A stretch of 64,000 bases of DNA, taken from positions 64,001-128,000 of IMG/VR virus record IMGVR_UViG_3300050821_001428; one strand, given 5' to 3'. Shown one piece after another: positions 31,667 through 41,215 of this stretch. Each line of letters begins with the position of its first letter. The first letter of the stretch is position 1. The position numbers and the translations under genes are program-made. The DNA comes from a virus. The notes under the pieces were generated by a model. The model searched no databases and was not told the DNA's origin. It worked only from the letters and a program-made list of their open reading frames with translations.

Positions 31667-31692
31667 ACTTGACTACTTTCCTTTGTTGATAT

Positions 31693-32379
31693 TTAAACGC
31701 CGTTACGAAGAGCTAAGGCTGAATTAGTAGAGCCTTGCCTCGTAGAATAAGTATAGTTAACCGTAATTTGCTTTACGATTTCCAATGTGCCAACCTGAAT
31801 AGTTTCATCGTCGCGCACATCGGTAATAGTGCAACCGTGATATTGAGTGTATCCAGATCTAGCGGGACCACCTATGCCTTGCATATTAGGAATCTGACGA
31901 ATATATTGTACGATACTCATTTGGGATGGTGTCGCTTGAGCCTGGGCAATTACCACATCTAGAATATCTGAAGCATTTTTAAAGATACCGCCGCCAGTGA
32001 CACTGGCAGATCCCTGACCGGTTCCTGTGGTATCTGCGCCGGGGATACTGCCATCCGCGTTCGGCGTGCCGTCACTCGCGCCGCCTCCATTACCTAAACG
32101 ATCCCAAATCTTATCTACATTTTTATCGCTTTGGGACCATAGATCTAATAGGTTTAGTACCAGTGTACCCGGGCCAGCAGCGACAGGGGTAAGAATCTCG
32201 ACAACATATGGCTCGTCCATCGGTTGAATAAATGAGGGATTATTTACTAAACGTGGAGACTGATGCGAAACCTGCTGTGCGAAAGCAATCGGCATACCGC
32301 CGAATAAGAATACCGTGAAACCAGAACCACCACGACGAGTGTATCGTAGATTATTTTGTGGGAGTGTGTTATCCGCCAT
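31693..32379 (-). CDS. Tail tube protein
   Basis: Directly downstream of the sheath; Y.GC.ITDV.D.E.I.VGT....K.ITV.Y. Confidence 0.78.
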   Translation of the reverse strand: MADNTLPQNNLRYTRRGGSGFTVFLFGGMPIAFAQQVSHQSPRLVNNPSFIQPMDEPYVVEILTPVAAGPGTLVLNLLDLWSQSDKNVDKIWDRLGNGGGASDGTPNADGSIPGADTTGTGQGSASVTGGGIFKNASDILDVVIAQAQATPSQMSIVQYIRQIPNMQGIGGPARSGYTQYHGCTITDVRDDETIQVGTLEIVKQITVNYTYSTRQGSTNSALALRNGV

Positions 32380-32405
32380 TACTAGTTAATATTCCGATCT
32401 AGCAA

Positions 32406-34079
32406 TTAACTAATCGAAGTAGTTACTGTCCCGGTTGTTAGGTTCAAGCCAAATGTAATGTTAATGTAATTTAGTGGGAAGGCTGGTTGATAGCTAAACG
32501 ATACACTGATCGTCGTTGGATTAAGACTAGTTAATGTCGCATTTGGTGCCGTGAACCCGACAATGATCTTTGATCCCTGAAGGATCTGTAGGATACTATT
32601 GATAGTGGTTTCCACAATCATTGGTGAATTAGCGTTGGCTATGATCTGACCGATGATCTGATTATCTAGCGTCTGCTGGATGCTTTCGATCATTACGAAC
32701 TGCGAGCGGACAACTGAAATTTCCTGACCAGATGAACCATCGGCAAGATCGACCGTAATACCCTGACGGCAACGAATACCGTTATTTATATTCTCTAATA
32801 CAAGTAGACCGTTAGCAGCGTCATTGTTTTTATCGGAAGGGGAACGGTTGTCAACGATAGATGAGAATCCGCTGATGTATTGGCGGGTCAGGGCACTCGA
32901 TGTTGCACGGGATACTAACGCTCCACCAATTGCAGCCGCAGCATACTGACCGCCGACCGTTATGGTTCCACCCTGAGCACCCGGTACATTGATATTGAAA
33001 GAGCTGGTATTTAGAAGGATACATTGCTTACTCAATGCGCCACCATAGTTGGAACGTAACGCGCTAGCATGAGTCCACAGCAGGCTATTTGGTGGTGACA
33101 GAGTACGTAGCTGCGCCGGGTTATAAGTACCATCTTCAGCTAAGACGGTCACCATGAAATCATTCTGTGAATTCTGATATGCGATATGTGCCTGAATCGA
33201 TTCAAAAATCTCAAGGATCTGAGCGTTAGTCGTAACGCTTGCATTATCAAATCCGACTACAGGAATGATAACATCCAAATTCGTAATAGAACGCAGAGTG
33301 TACAGTGTGTCACTCCAAGTCTGAGGGTTACCGATAGCTGTCGCCGTTGCTGGCTGCTGGGCACTTGTAGGATCACCCGGAGTTGCACGTTCAAATAAAG
33401 GCTGAAGGATAACTGACTGGGCACCATTCTGGAAAGCAAATGCTGCTGCTAGGGATAGCGGAGAATTGACGCCTGTGTATACAGTCAAACCATTGGATAG
33501 CGTATCGGTTGCCCATGCGTTACCAAATCGAGACTGAACCGCTCCAATGTCATACATGCGTATCGGATTCCAATAATCGGTTGGCGTATACGTATAAGTG
33601 ACGTTGACTAACTTAGGAACCCATGTGGTACCATCGTTGCTTGGATTAAAGGCACCACCTTGGATTGGGGTGAGCGTACCTGTTGAAGCAGAAGGGGTGA
33701 TTGAGTTTACGCCACCATCGGGTGGGCCTTCACCAGATTGTACCGAGTAATCCCCAGGGACGCTACCGGTGTGCTGGATATAACCGGTACCGGGTGGAGT
33801 ACCATAAGAAGGATTAATCGCATCCGTCATGCTCAAGACTTCAACAAGGACTGCATCATCATTAATTGACTCAATGGTCGGAAGCACCATCGGGGAACTA
33901 TTGACACCGAAGAGAATCGTATCTGTAACGGTTATAGGAGATAGCCCGCTAGCCGAATTACCAGGGACACCGACAAGGCATAGATTTGATCCAGAGATAA
34001 CGTTAGGTGTGATCTGTTGAGTGGTGATTCCGGTGACGGTCACTCCGGGAGGTGTATAATTCGAATTAGAGACAGACAT
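32406..34079 (-). CDS. Tail sheath protein
   Basis: N-terminal YTPPGV; PLSLAA.FAF.NGA; EISVVR; C-terminal Y.PAFPLNYI.I.F. Confidence 0.9.
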   Translation of the reverse strand: MSVSNSNYTPPGVTVTGITTQQITPNVISGSNLCLVGVPGNSASGLSPITVTDTILFGVNSSPMVLPTIESINDDAVLVEVLSMTDAINPSYGTPPGTGYIQHTGSVPGDYSVQSGEGPPDGGVNSITPSASTGTLTPIQGGAFNPSNDGTTWVPKLVNVTYTYTPTDYWNPIRMYDIGAVQSRFGNAWATDTLSNGLTVYTGVNSPLSLAAAFAFQNGAQSVILQPLFERATPGDPTSAQQPATATAIGNPQTWSDTLYTLRSITNLDVIIPVVGFDNASVTTNAQILEIFESIQAHIAYQNSQNDFMVTVLAEDGTYNPAQLRTLSPPNSLLWTHASALRSNYGGALSKQCILLNTSSFNINVPGAQGGTITVGGQYAAAAIGGALVSRATSSALTRQYISGFSSIVDNRSPSDKNNDAANGLLVLENINNGIRCRQGITVDLADGSSGQEISVVRSQFVMIESIQQTLDNQIIGQIIANANSPMIVETTINSILQILQGSKIIVGFTAPNATLTSLNPTTISVSFSYQPAFPLNYINITFGLNLTTGTVTTSIS

Positions 34080-34115
34080 TATAAGATCACTTTTTAAATT
34101 GTAGGAAAACGAGGT

Positions 34116-34901
34116 TTATATATCTGATTCGGCAGAAGCCGGACTGGTGAACTCATAGAAATCCGTACCTACGTTGGTAGTCGGATCATTTAGTTGCAAA
34201 CTCTCTGTAACCGTTAGATCAACAACCTCGATTAGTGATGACCCTCCGTAATTAGAATTAGCGTTAGGAGTGGCTGAGTATAAGTCTCCCATAATCTCTA
34301 CGCTGTACCCGGCGCAATAAGCTAGCTTATCTTTGGCGTTCCAAGGGAGGGGGCTTTGTGTCTCTGAAATAGGGTAAATTCTGTCTGTATTTAGGAACGG
34401 CATATTGTAGTATCCGTAGGGAGTTTGATTCATATAGAAGTACAGACGCTGTATGAATTTATTACCCCATGGAGTAGCATCAGTGGTTGCTAGAATTTCC
34501 ACCAAAGCGTCACGAACCAAACCAAGGTCAGTTGAGGACTGTGCATATGCTTCAAATACTATCTGGCCGTGATACAGACGATGATAATACTTCATAAAGA
34601 CGCTCGGGTTCTGCGGATCGGGATCATATGGTGAGGGTAGCCATTCTTCATGGCCTACACCGGCATTAATATTATCTCGCTCTATATACTTAACCAAGAC
34701 AGCAGGTAGCGTGTATTCATCCTGATTGAATGAAACAGCTACTTTGGTCGCATTAATACGCTTGGATATATGTGCGTCGAAGGCATCTTGCATAGACTCA
34801 GCCGCCCAACGCTTAATGAACGTAACATATTGCCATGATGAAGTCTGCAACACATAATTACGAGGTGGTTGATAGAATTCGGGATCGTGAGTAAAGCTCA
34901 T
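34116..34901 (-). CDS. Tail completion/terminator protein
   Basis: Upstream of the sheath; LPA.LV.Y and Y.G...FE.YA.SS......DAL pattern. Confidence 0.55.
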   Translation of the reverse strand: MSFTHDPEFYQPPRNYVLQTSSWQYVTFIKRWAAESMQDAFDAHISKRINATKVAVSFNQDEYTLPAVLVKYIERDNINAGVGHEEWLPSPYDPDPQNPSVFMKYYHRLYHGQIVFEAYAQSSTDLGLVRDALVEILATTDATPWGNKFIQRLYFYMNQTPYGYYNMPFLNTDRIYPISETQSPLPWNAKDKLAYCAGYSVEIMGDLYSATPNANSNYGGSSLIEVVDLTVTESLQLNDPTTNVGTDFYEFTSPASAESDI

Positions 34902-35659
34902 CTATCCACCTCTATGCTATACGCAATATCAAAATCCGGTATCTTGCTGATTTCACCAGCATATCCAATAATCATGCGATTATTATTTGCTGTGATAGGG
35001 CCATCTCCAACGCCGCGAGCACCACGGCGATTGACACCATGCATACTGATTGGACTCATTTGTTTCAATTGATAACGTTCGTAAGTTTCTGTGATACGGC
35101 CTTGATTATCTAATGCACACGTTATTAAGATATCATTATCACCAACCTCTGGATACCATGGCAGTTGTACAGTCGCCGTTTGCATACGTGTCAAAGCTCC
35201 CTGTTCGGATAATTTCCATTGATCTTCTGGGCGGTCGGGGAGGATGACATAAGTTAGGAAACCGGGACCATACCCACGATACTTAGGGGCAGGGACAAAC
35301 CAAGGGAACGGCTGTTCATTTGATTCGATAATTGTAAAGATATCGGGGTTGTCTGGGTCTTCTGATCCAAACCACTCTCCTGGTTGAGTCTCTATCGAGC
35401 AGATACCAATACCATGTGAAAGTACATCACCCCAATACTCAGATTGTCCCATAACATAATCAAAAGTAGCAACCTTCTGAGCAATCCCATCGGTAACATC
35501 CCTTGTCGTGTACATCTTTTTTATCAATACTGGCGTACCAATATATTGATAAACATCTGCCGATGTACGCCGTAAATCCCTAACCTCCCAAGGAACCCCC
35601 GGTGTATTAGCCAATGTTATAGATGTTACGTCAGTATACTGCGGGGGGTTCAGAGGCAT
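34898..35659 (-). CDS. Neck/head-closure protein (putative)
   Basis: Position; P.V.DND.LI......ERY motif typical of neck proteins. Confidence 0.5.
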   Translation of the reverse strand: MPLNPPQYTDVTSITLANTPGVPWEVRDLRRTSADVYQYIGTPVLIKKMYTTRDVTDGIAQKVATFDYVMGQSEYWGDVLSHGIGICSIETQPGEWFGSEDPDNPDIFTIIESNEQPFPWFVPAPKYRGYGPGFLTYVILPDRPEDQWKLSEQGALTRMQTATVQLPWYPEVGDNDILITCALDNQGRITETYERYQLKQMSPISMHGVNRRGARGVGDGPITANNNRMIIGYAGEISKIPDFDIAYSIEVDR

Positions 35660-35721
35660 ATTCAACCATTATGCTCTGGGAATTAGGTAATCTGTGATAC
35701 AGGCTCCCAGGCATGTTGTAT

Positions 35722-36045
35722 CTAATGAAGTCCAATCCTCACGGAATACCAATGTCCATGTACCCGTTGGTCCATGTGGTTGGGAACAGCAACTGGCGCT
35801 CTAGAGGGGCCAGTGGGACCAACGGGTAACGCCAAAGCAGCCTGTAACTCACTTAGAGCATCAGCAACGTATACCTGTGCGTCACTTACGGTAGTCGCAG
35901 CTTTAATCAAACTAGCCTTACCGCCCTTATTGATCATTACCTCCTGAGCATTGTGAATGGAGTTTGCTATCGATGTTAGATATGTTTGAATGCTCGTAAT
36001 ATACGTTTGGGCGACGGTAAGATCTATTTGTAATGAATTAGCCAT
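35722..36045 (-). CDS. Hypothetical helical protein
   Basis: Co-directional ORF in the operon; short GPTGPS tract. Confidence 0.5.
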   Translation of the reverse strand: MANSLQIDLTVAQTYITSIQTYLTSIANSIHNAQEVMINKGGKASLIKAATTVSDAQVYVADALSELQAALALPVGPTGPSRAPVAVPNHMDQRVHGHWYSVRIGLH

Positions 36046-36054
36046 AAAGTTAAA

Positions 36055-36453
36055 TTACTTATGCGCAGGATGGTATAATGTATTTAGATTAGTAACGGAT
36101 ATACAGTTAACAGGGCCAATCTGCTTAGCAATCGATCTAATTTCTTTAATAGATGCATCGGCTTGGGTCACCGATATCAGATGCTTGTGCTCCTGCGCCC
36201 TAACCTCTGGGATAAACCCCAATGTGATATTTTTCAGAGAAACACGGAGCTTATTGCCTCGTTTACATTGTTGGACGAGAACTGATTGTGTGTTCGTCTT
36301 TAAACGGTGGAAAATCTCCTGTGTTAACATCTTCTGGTTATGATTTTCCATATTAGAATGGGCACGCTCCTGATGAAGAGTGTAAATAACCACCGCCGTA
36401 AGCATTGCGTAGGCTACTACGTGCCAATTTATCTTGCTAAATAAATTACGCAA
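36055..36453 (-). CDS. Single-TM membrane protein with coiled coil
   Basis: GGAGG RBS; N-terminal TM segment; two Cys residues. Confidence 0.55.
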   Translation of the reverse strand: MRNLFSKINWHVVAYAMLTAVVIYTLHQERAHSNMENHNQKMLTQEIFHRLKTNTQSVLVQQCKRGNKLRVSLKNITLGFIPEVRAQEHKHLISVTQADASIKEIRSIAKQIGPVNCISVTNLNTLYHPAHK

Positions 36454-36503
36454 TTTGATATAACCTCCTATATATTAGACACACCGATTTGTTAGTTATA
36501 TAA

Positions 36504-37586
36504 CTAAAAACCTCGATATACGCCCCGAGTTGAATAGTTCGAATAGGGATATAAACGCCCTGCTTTGGATAGAGTAAGTAATGCAGAGTGGCCCAGGCGA
36601 AGTTCGGTTCTCTTCATGAGGCGAACAGCAGCGATATAGTCCTCGTATTCAATTTGATAGATCTGCCCCCACGCTTGTTGATAACGAGTACGGTCAGCCC
36701 AAACCAACTGTCCCTGTCCGGTTGGGGTGAAGATTTCCGTATAAGAACGCATGAGGTGGCGGATAGTCAATACTAATACGCCCTTTGTTAGCAGGGGCAT
36801 ATTGGGATTCGGTACAGCACCGGCATGTGCTGTAAAATTGTCAATAGTGTAATTAGTAGGAGGCATCTGCACGTTGATATCGAACAGAGCTTCGGGGATA
36901 AACCGGGAGATTTTCTCCTTGTCGAAATGATTCAAAGTACGGTCGCGCAGCCACGGACCTCCTTCATTAGAATCAAACACATCTTCAAGGCGCATCCAGA
37001 CCGAATCGGTAATCTGATCTATCGCTGTCGGCTCAGGTAGATTAAAGGGATCAACTACCGTAAACGATGTAATAACCGAACGCTTCTCGCCTGTAACGAG
37101 GTTGAATTGTGCAGTAGCTATATAAGGGCCAATAGCTTGGGTTTCTGTCCATAATAGGGTAGCTTCTCCGCTATCAAGGATCGTGCCTCTATCGGAGATC
37201 GTCGTTAAAAATGTACCAGGGGTATTGAATGCAATTACGGCACCATTAGTTCCGCCCGATACACCGGTAATCTTAGTACCGTTAACGCCTGTATAAGTGA
37301 ATTCTTCAACACCGATACTATCCTGAATAAATACGGTTCCTGACGATGGTATATCCTCTAAGGACTGAAAATTAATTTCGGTCACCGGTAGAGTATAAGA
37401 AACCCCACCATCCGTCATCTGTAGTACGGTCGGTGTTTGTACGGTATAGTTGACCCCAGTGACTTGATCGGCGGTTACTGGCTGTCCGTTGATTTCAAGA
37501 TTACAAAGCAGATTAAGACTATCTCCTTGAAATACCGAACCTAAGTATGAATTATATACGCCAAGACTCAATTTAAACACCACCAT
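36504..37586 (-). CDS. Head-tail adaptor (putative) with N-terminal Ig-like insert
   Basis: C-terminal D.FDS.EGGP.L....HL.RSY.E...DR..Y...W, recalled from Bxz1-like adaptors. Confidence 0.55.
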   Translation of the reverse strand: MVVFKLSLGVYNSYLGSVFQGDSLNLLCNLEINGQPVTADQVTGVNYTVQTPTVLQMTDGGVSYTLPVTEINFQSLEDIPSSGTVFIQDSIGVEEFTYTGVNGTKITGVSGGTNGAVIAFNTPGTFLTTISDRGTILDSGEATLLWTETQAIGPYIATAQFNLVTGEKRSVITSFTVVDPFNLPEPTAIDQITDSVWMRLEDVFDSNEGGPWLRDRTLNHFDKEKISRFIPEALFDINVQMPPTNYTIDNFTAHAGAVPNPNMPLLTKGVLVLTIRHLMRSYTEIFTPTGQGQLVWADRTRYQQAWGQIYQIEYEDYIAAVRLMKRTELRLGHSALLTLSKAGRLYPYSNYSTRGVYRGF

Positions 37587-37659
37587 ATAGGAATGCAATC
37601 AAGGTCACTAGCACCAGTAAACAAGATATGTAGAGAACAAGCATCATCTATTATCGATC

Positions 37660-37668
37660 TGCTAGAAT
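37660..37668 (+). promoter_or_regulatory. Extended -10 promoter (TGcTAGAAT), probably leaderless
   Basis: ATG 37677 lies 8 nt downstream, with no SD. Confidence 0.55.
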
Positions 37669-37676
37669 GTATTCAT

Positions 37677-38180
37677 ATGAACGTAGAATATAAAGCCGTA
37701 CTGATTTACAATTACTCGGACGGGGGATTCGTGGGCTACGGAATCCAGGGGTTAAATAAACTTCAGAGTACCAACATTTGGACCGAAGGAGAAGAAGTCG
37801 ATCTTTTTAATAGGTTGCAAGCCCTAAACGAATCCAACGATATCAAATCATGCTGGCCACATCCTCAAGATCCGGATGTGGTGTCGCTACTAGACGATCA
37901 TAACTTCCACCCAATCGAATATACCGTTACTGACGTTATTGATAAGGATCGTTCCACCTTGGTATATGAGCAGATTGAAGATCGAGATATAACAGGAATC
38001 ACAACTGGTAAATTTGTAGACGGAGATATTGATTTGTCCCGCAGCGATGTGGTATATAAATCAATTCAGATTCCTAAGAATCCATCGGATATGAAGATGC
38101 GCCTTCAAGATGCAATGGAAACTATTGCTAGACGTAGGGTTGCGAATAGTCAAGCTAGACGTGCTAGACTAGAGATATGA
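37677..38180 (+). CDS. Hypothetical protein
   Basis: ORF with a probable start at 37677; ATGA-coupled to the next gene. Confidence 0.6.
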   Translation: MNVEYKAVLIYNYSDGGFVGYGIQGLNKLQSTNIWTEGEEVDLFNRLQALNESNDIKSCWPHPQDPDVVSLLDDHNFHPIEYTVTDVIDKDRSTLVYEQIEDRDITGITTGKFVDGDIDLSRSDVVYKSIQIPKNPSDMKMRLQDAMETIARRRVANSQARRARLEI

Positions 38181-38965
38181 GCGATTCATTCCTAATAGGT
38201 GATGTTCAGGGCCAAGATGCCCTACTTAAGCGACTCTTGATCCAAGAGGGCTTAATGAGCGAGGCCGGTGAACGGCTCCGTCCAGAAGTCACTGTGATCC
38301 AACTCGGTGACCTGGGACATTTTGCAAGATATCATATGGGTAGTGATCGTATCGATCCAGAAAACGATGAGGCTTGCTTCAAGCTGCTTGAGGATGGAGT
38401 GATCGACTTGATGCTTTGGGGCAATCATGATCGTCCTATCATGTGCCACCTAAGCATAGACAATATCTTTGGTGGATACCTAGCGCCGTCACTAGATTTC
38501 GTTCATAAAGTTCAGGGACTTAGAGCACAGGGTAAGATCAAACTTGCTCAATCTATTGACGGATTCTTACTAACCCACGCGGGCTTACATTCTCATTGGG
38601 AGCATATGGATATCACTGATCCAGAGGATATCGCTGGCATACTAAATTCATATGACGAATTCCACTTCGATGGCGCATCGTCCGTACATAGAGAGGTCGA
38701 ACAGTTTATCGACACGATTGGACCAACACGCGGAGGCCGGGACAAATTTGGTGGCATCTTGTGGCGCGATAATAATGATGAGCCTTTATGGAATGGTGTA
38801 CGCCAAATCTATGGCCACTCGGCATATGAAACAGTACAGACGCAACCCTCACGAAGTGAGGTTTCATATTGCCTCGATGTGAGTAAATACGATCGTATTG
38901 GTGGGATTTGGCTACCAAGCGAAAAGATCGTCACAATCGGGTTAGATGATGTTACCCTCGACTAG
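38177..38965 (+). CDS. Calcineurin-like metallophosphoesterase
   Basis: GDVQG, LGDL, GNHD, THAG and GHS motifs. Confidence 0.88.
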   Translation: MSDSFLIGDVQGQDALLKRLLIQEGLMSEAGERLRPEVTVIQLGDLGHFARYHMGSDRIDPENDEACFKLLEDGVIDLMLWGNHDRPIMCHLSIDNIFGGYLAPSLDFVHKVQGLRAQGKIKLAQSIDGFLLTHAGLHSHWEHMDITDPEDIAGILNSYDEFHFDGASSVHREVEQFIDTIGPTRGGRDKFGGILWRDNNDEPLWNGVRQIYGHSAYETVQTQPSRSEVSYCLDVSKYDRIGGIWLPSEKIVTIGLDDVTLD

Positions 38966-39095
38966 AATCGTGCTGGTTGTCGTAGCTTGTACATCTTTTG
39001 CCTTACTAGGCATTGTAAATCTATTTACTGGCGATACTAATGCAGGTATCGCTAGCATTTTGCTAGCGATAGCAAATGCTTTATTGCTACTTTAA
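38946..39095 (+). CDS. 49-aa two-TM microprotein (below ORF-track cutoff)
   Basis: MMLPSTRIVLVVVACTSFALLGIVNLFTGDTNAGIASILLAIANALLLL; overlaps the end of the phosphoesterase. Confidence 0.55.
   Translation: MMLPSTRIVLVVVACTSFALLGIVNLFTGDTNAGIASILLAIANALLLL
39047..39071. terminator. Hairpin at a convergent junction
   Basis: TATCGCTAGCA-ttt-TGCTAGCGATA, an 11-bp stem. Confidence 0.4.
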
Positions 39096-39407
39096 CCTAT
39101 ATGGCTGATATAGGTCGTTAGTACGATCTGATGATAACGAGTCTGGGGACCAATACACTTCTGTTAGCGTATTAGAAGTATCTACTTCCCAATAGTAATC
39201 ATTTAAATCAGATTGCACCTGTACTTGTTGCCCAGATATATCGGTCGGTTGATATATATACCCCATAATAGGATACGTATTGTAACCCGCTTCGATCCCT
39301 AAGGTAGTAGTCGTTGTATTTTCGACCACCCATTGTTTTTCAATTGAAATATCAAGGCTAGGTGCTACATTCTCTGTAATATTGATATTTGTATTATGAG
39401 TAGGCAT
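39087..39407 (-). CDS. Hypothetical protein
   Basis: Co-directional ORF after 39417. Confidence 0.5.
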   Translation of the reverse strand: MPTHNTNINITENVAPSLDISIEKQWVVENTTTTTLGIEAGYNTYPIMGYIYQPTDISGQQVQVQSDLNDYYWEVDTSNTLTEVYWSPDSLSSDRTNDLYQPYRLK

Positions 39408-39416
39408 TGCTAATCG

Positions 39417-40046
39417 TTACTGATTTAAGAATTCCCAAGATAATACAAGGGTATCTCCCTCTGTCAACCCAAGTGGAGCAAAATTAGCCTTAGCAAATAG
39501 ATTACCACCTGTTACAGTAGAAACACCCGGAGGATTTCCTTGGGTAACAGGATCATTAGTAACTAGCGTAGATAATGCCGTAGTACCCTTCTGTGCCCGC
39601 ACAACCGTTAGAGTAGTCGTACCCGAACCGGCTGTGACTTGCATAACCTCAGTGCGTATCTGGATATATCCGCCATTTCCGGGGGTTAAAGGAGTATTAG
39701 TGACGACTTGAGTACCGCTAAATGATCCAATTACAGTCGATGACGATTGTAGTACACCGACAAGGGGTACCGTAAATACATCGGAGATACCAGCTTCGGA
39801 GATAGTAATAGAACCACTTGGTTGAATCGTACCTGTAATCTTTAGAGTATCATTAGTCGTAACTGTCGTAACAGCCGATGCAGTGGCTAGAACCCGAGGC
39901 CCAGCTTCTTTGAACAAGGCGATATCAGTAGCCGCAGACGTTAGGGCAAGCGGATTACTACCTGAAGATAGATAGTAGGAAATTGGACTGCCAGCCATTA
40001 TGCTGACCGCCATCGACTTTCCTGTATTCGTTAATACATAAGCCAT
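39417..40046 (-). CDS. Virion structural protein (fibre-attachment-like)
   Basis: VLTNTG...D.AL..E...ISEAG..D...F....L..GDTL...W, a tail-collar/fibre N-terminal-like pattern. Confidence 0.5.
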   Translation of the reverse strand: MAYVLTNTGKSMAVSIMAGSPISYYLSSGSNPLALTSAATDIALFKEAGPRVLATASAVTTVTTNDTLKITGTIQPSGSITISEAGISDVFTVPLVGVLQSSSTVIGSFSGTQVVTNTPLTPGNGGYIQIRTEVMQVTAGSGTTTLTVVRAQKGTTALSTLVTNDPVTQGNPPGVSTVTGGNLFAKANFAPLGLTEGDTLVLSWEFLNQ

Positions 40047-40054
40047 TACATTTA

Positions 40055-41113
40055 TTATGCCGATGGTACTTCATAGAAACCTTGGCCAAATAATGTTTGC
40101 AAATGTCTGAAATATTTATCATATTCAGGGCCAATCGCTGCTAGCGAAAATCTTTGTATTGTTTCGGTACGAAAAATAGTCCGATGAAGAGATGTTAGCT
40201 GCTGTGCCTCAGCGACTGCGTTACAGAATGATGCAATCGAATTACAACGCCATTTTGGAGATATGTTCTCTGCAAATGCCCCCCAATTAGTTGTAATTGC
40301 TGGCGTACCCATAAACAAGGATTCAATAGTCACACCGCCAAACGGTTCGATATATAGTGTAGGGGCTAATAGGGCAATTGCTCCACCCATTAATTTCGAA
40401 CGTTCCTGAGGTCCGACAACGCCATGATATTCAACCCAATTAGGTAGAGGGTAATTGCCTGACCCAGCTATATGTAGTGGTAATCCGGTACGTTCAGCTA
40501 CTTCAAGAACAATTTGTAATCCCTTGCGTTCGATGAGTCTGCCTACATAAAGAAGATAATTACGATCATTAGACATGTATTTTGATGGAAATTCGCACTT
40601 ATCGAAATAGTTCGGGATTACCGTATCATAAAAACGTCCATTCAGATCATGGGCATCATTGATTTGACTTCCATAAACCGAATGCATCCAAGCAAAAGAT
40701 TCAAATACATGGTGTGTATCCGGAATAATCCCCGAATATCCAATGCCGAATTCGCAAACTATATGATTAGGAAATGCTTCCTTAATTGGTAGCTGCGCCC
40801 GTCCACCAATAAGACAGATGATATCGTGTTGTTCGATGCGATCTTTAATCAACATGATAGATTTATCATTAAAGCGTTTGAAAATACGGTTATCGGGATT
40901 AAATTCGGGTATAAATCCATCGAGATATTTCTCATCGGTAACGGCTAGGTATTCCGTGCATCTAGCTTCGTTTTCAACACCGGCATAAAGGTAAACTTCA
41001 TGCCCTTGGTCCATCATCATGTCACAGAATTTCTTGACTTTTTGTGTATACGCGCACCATGAATATTCAGCAGTAGTGCAAGTATGAGGTAAGCTAGGGA
41101 TATGAAGGCGCAT
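40055..41113 (-). CDS. Glycosyltransferase family 4 (GT-B)
   Basis: VIPN.FD, LLYVGRL..RKG, EPFG....ES...GTP.I....GA..E. Confidence 0.88.
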   Translation of the reverse strand: MRLHIPSLPHTCTTAEYSWCAYTQKVKKFCDMMMDQGHEVYLYAGVENEARCTEYLAVTDEKYLDGFIPEFNPDNRIFKRFNDKSIMLIKDRIEQHDIICLIGGRAQLPIKEAFPNHIVCEFGIGYSGIIPDTHHVFESFAWMHSVYGSQINDAHDLNGRFYDTVIPNYFDKCEFPSKYMSNDRNYLLYVGRLIERKGLQIVLEVAERTGLPLHIAGSGNYPLPNWVEYHGVVGPQERSKLMGGAIALLAPTLYIEPFGGVTIESLFMGTPAITTNWGAFAENISPKWRCNSIASFCNAVAEAQQLTSLHRTIFRTETIQRFSLAAIGPEYDKYFRHLQTLFGQGFYEVPSA

Positions 41114-41215
41114 AGCTTATATTATATCATACTAAAAGAAAAATCCACCGGGATCGAATCGAACCTACTGATTAGCGATACGCCGTAGTGCCGCGCGATT
41201 TGTTGCGACTAGGTA

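Noticed and set aside
41140-41215. GGTTCGATTC (T-loop-like) on the minus strand, suggesting a tRNA
   Set aside because: The flanks do not pair into a T-stem and I could not build a cloverleaf; tRNAscan-SE/ARAGORN would settle it.
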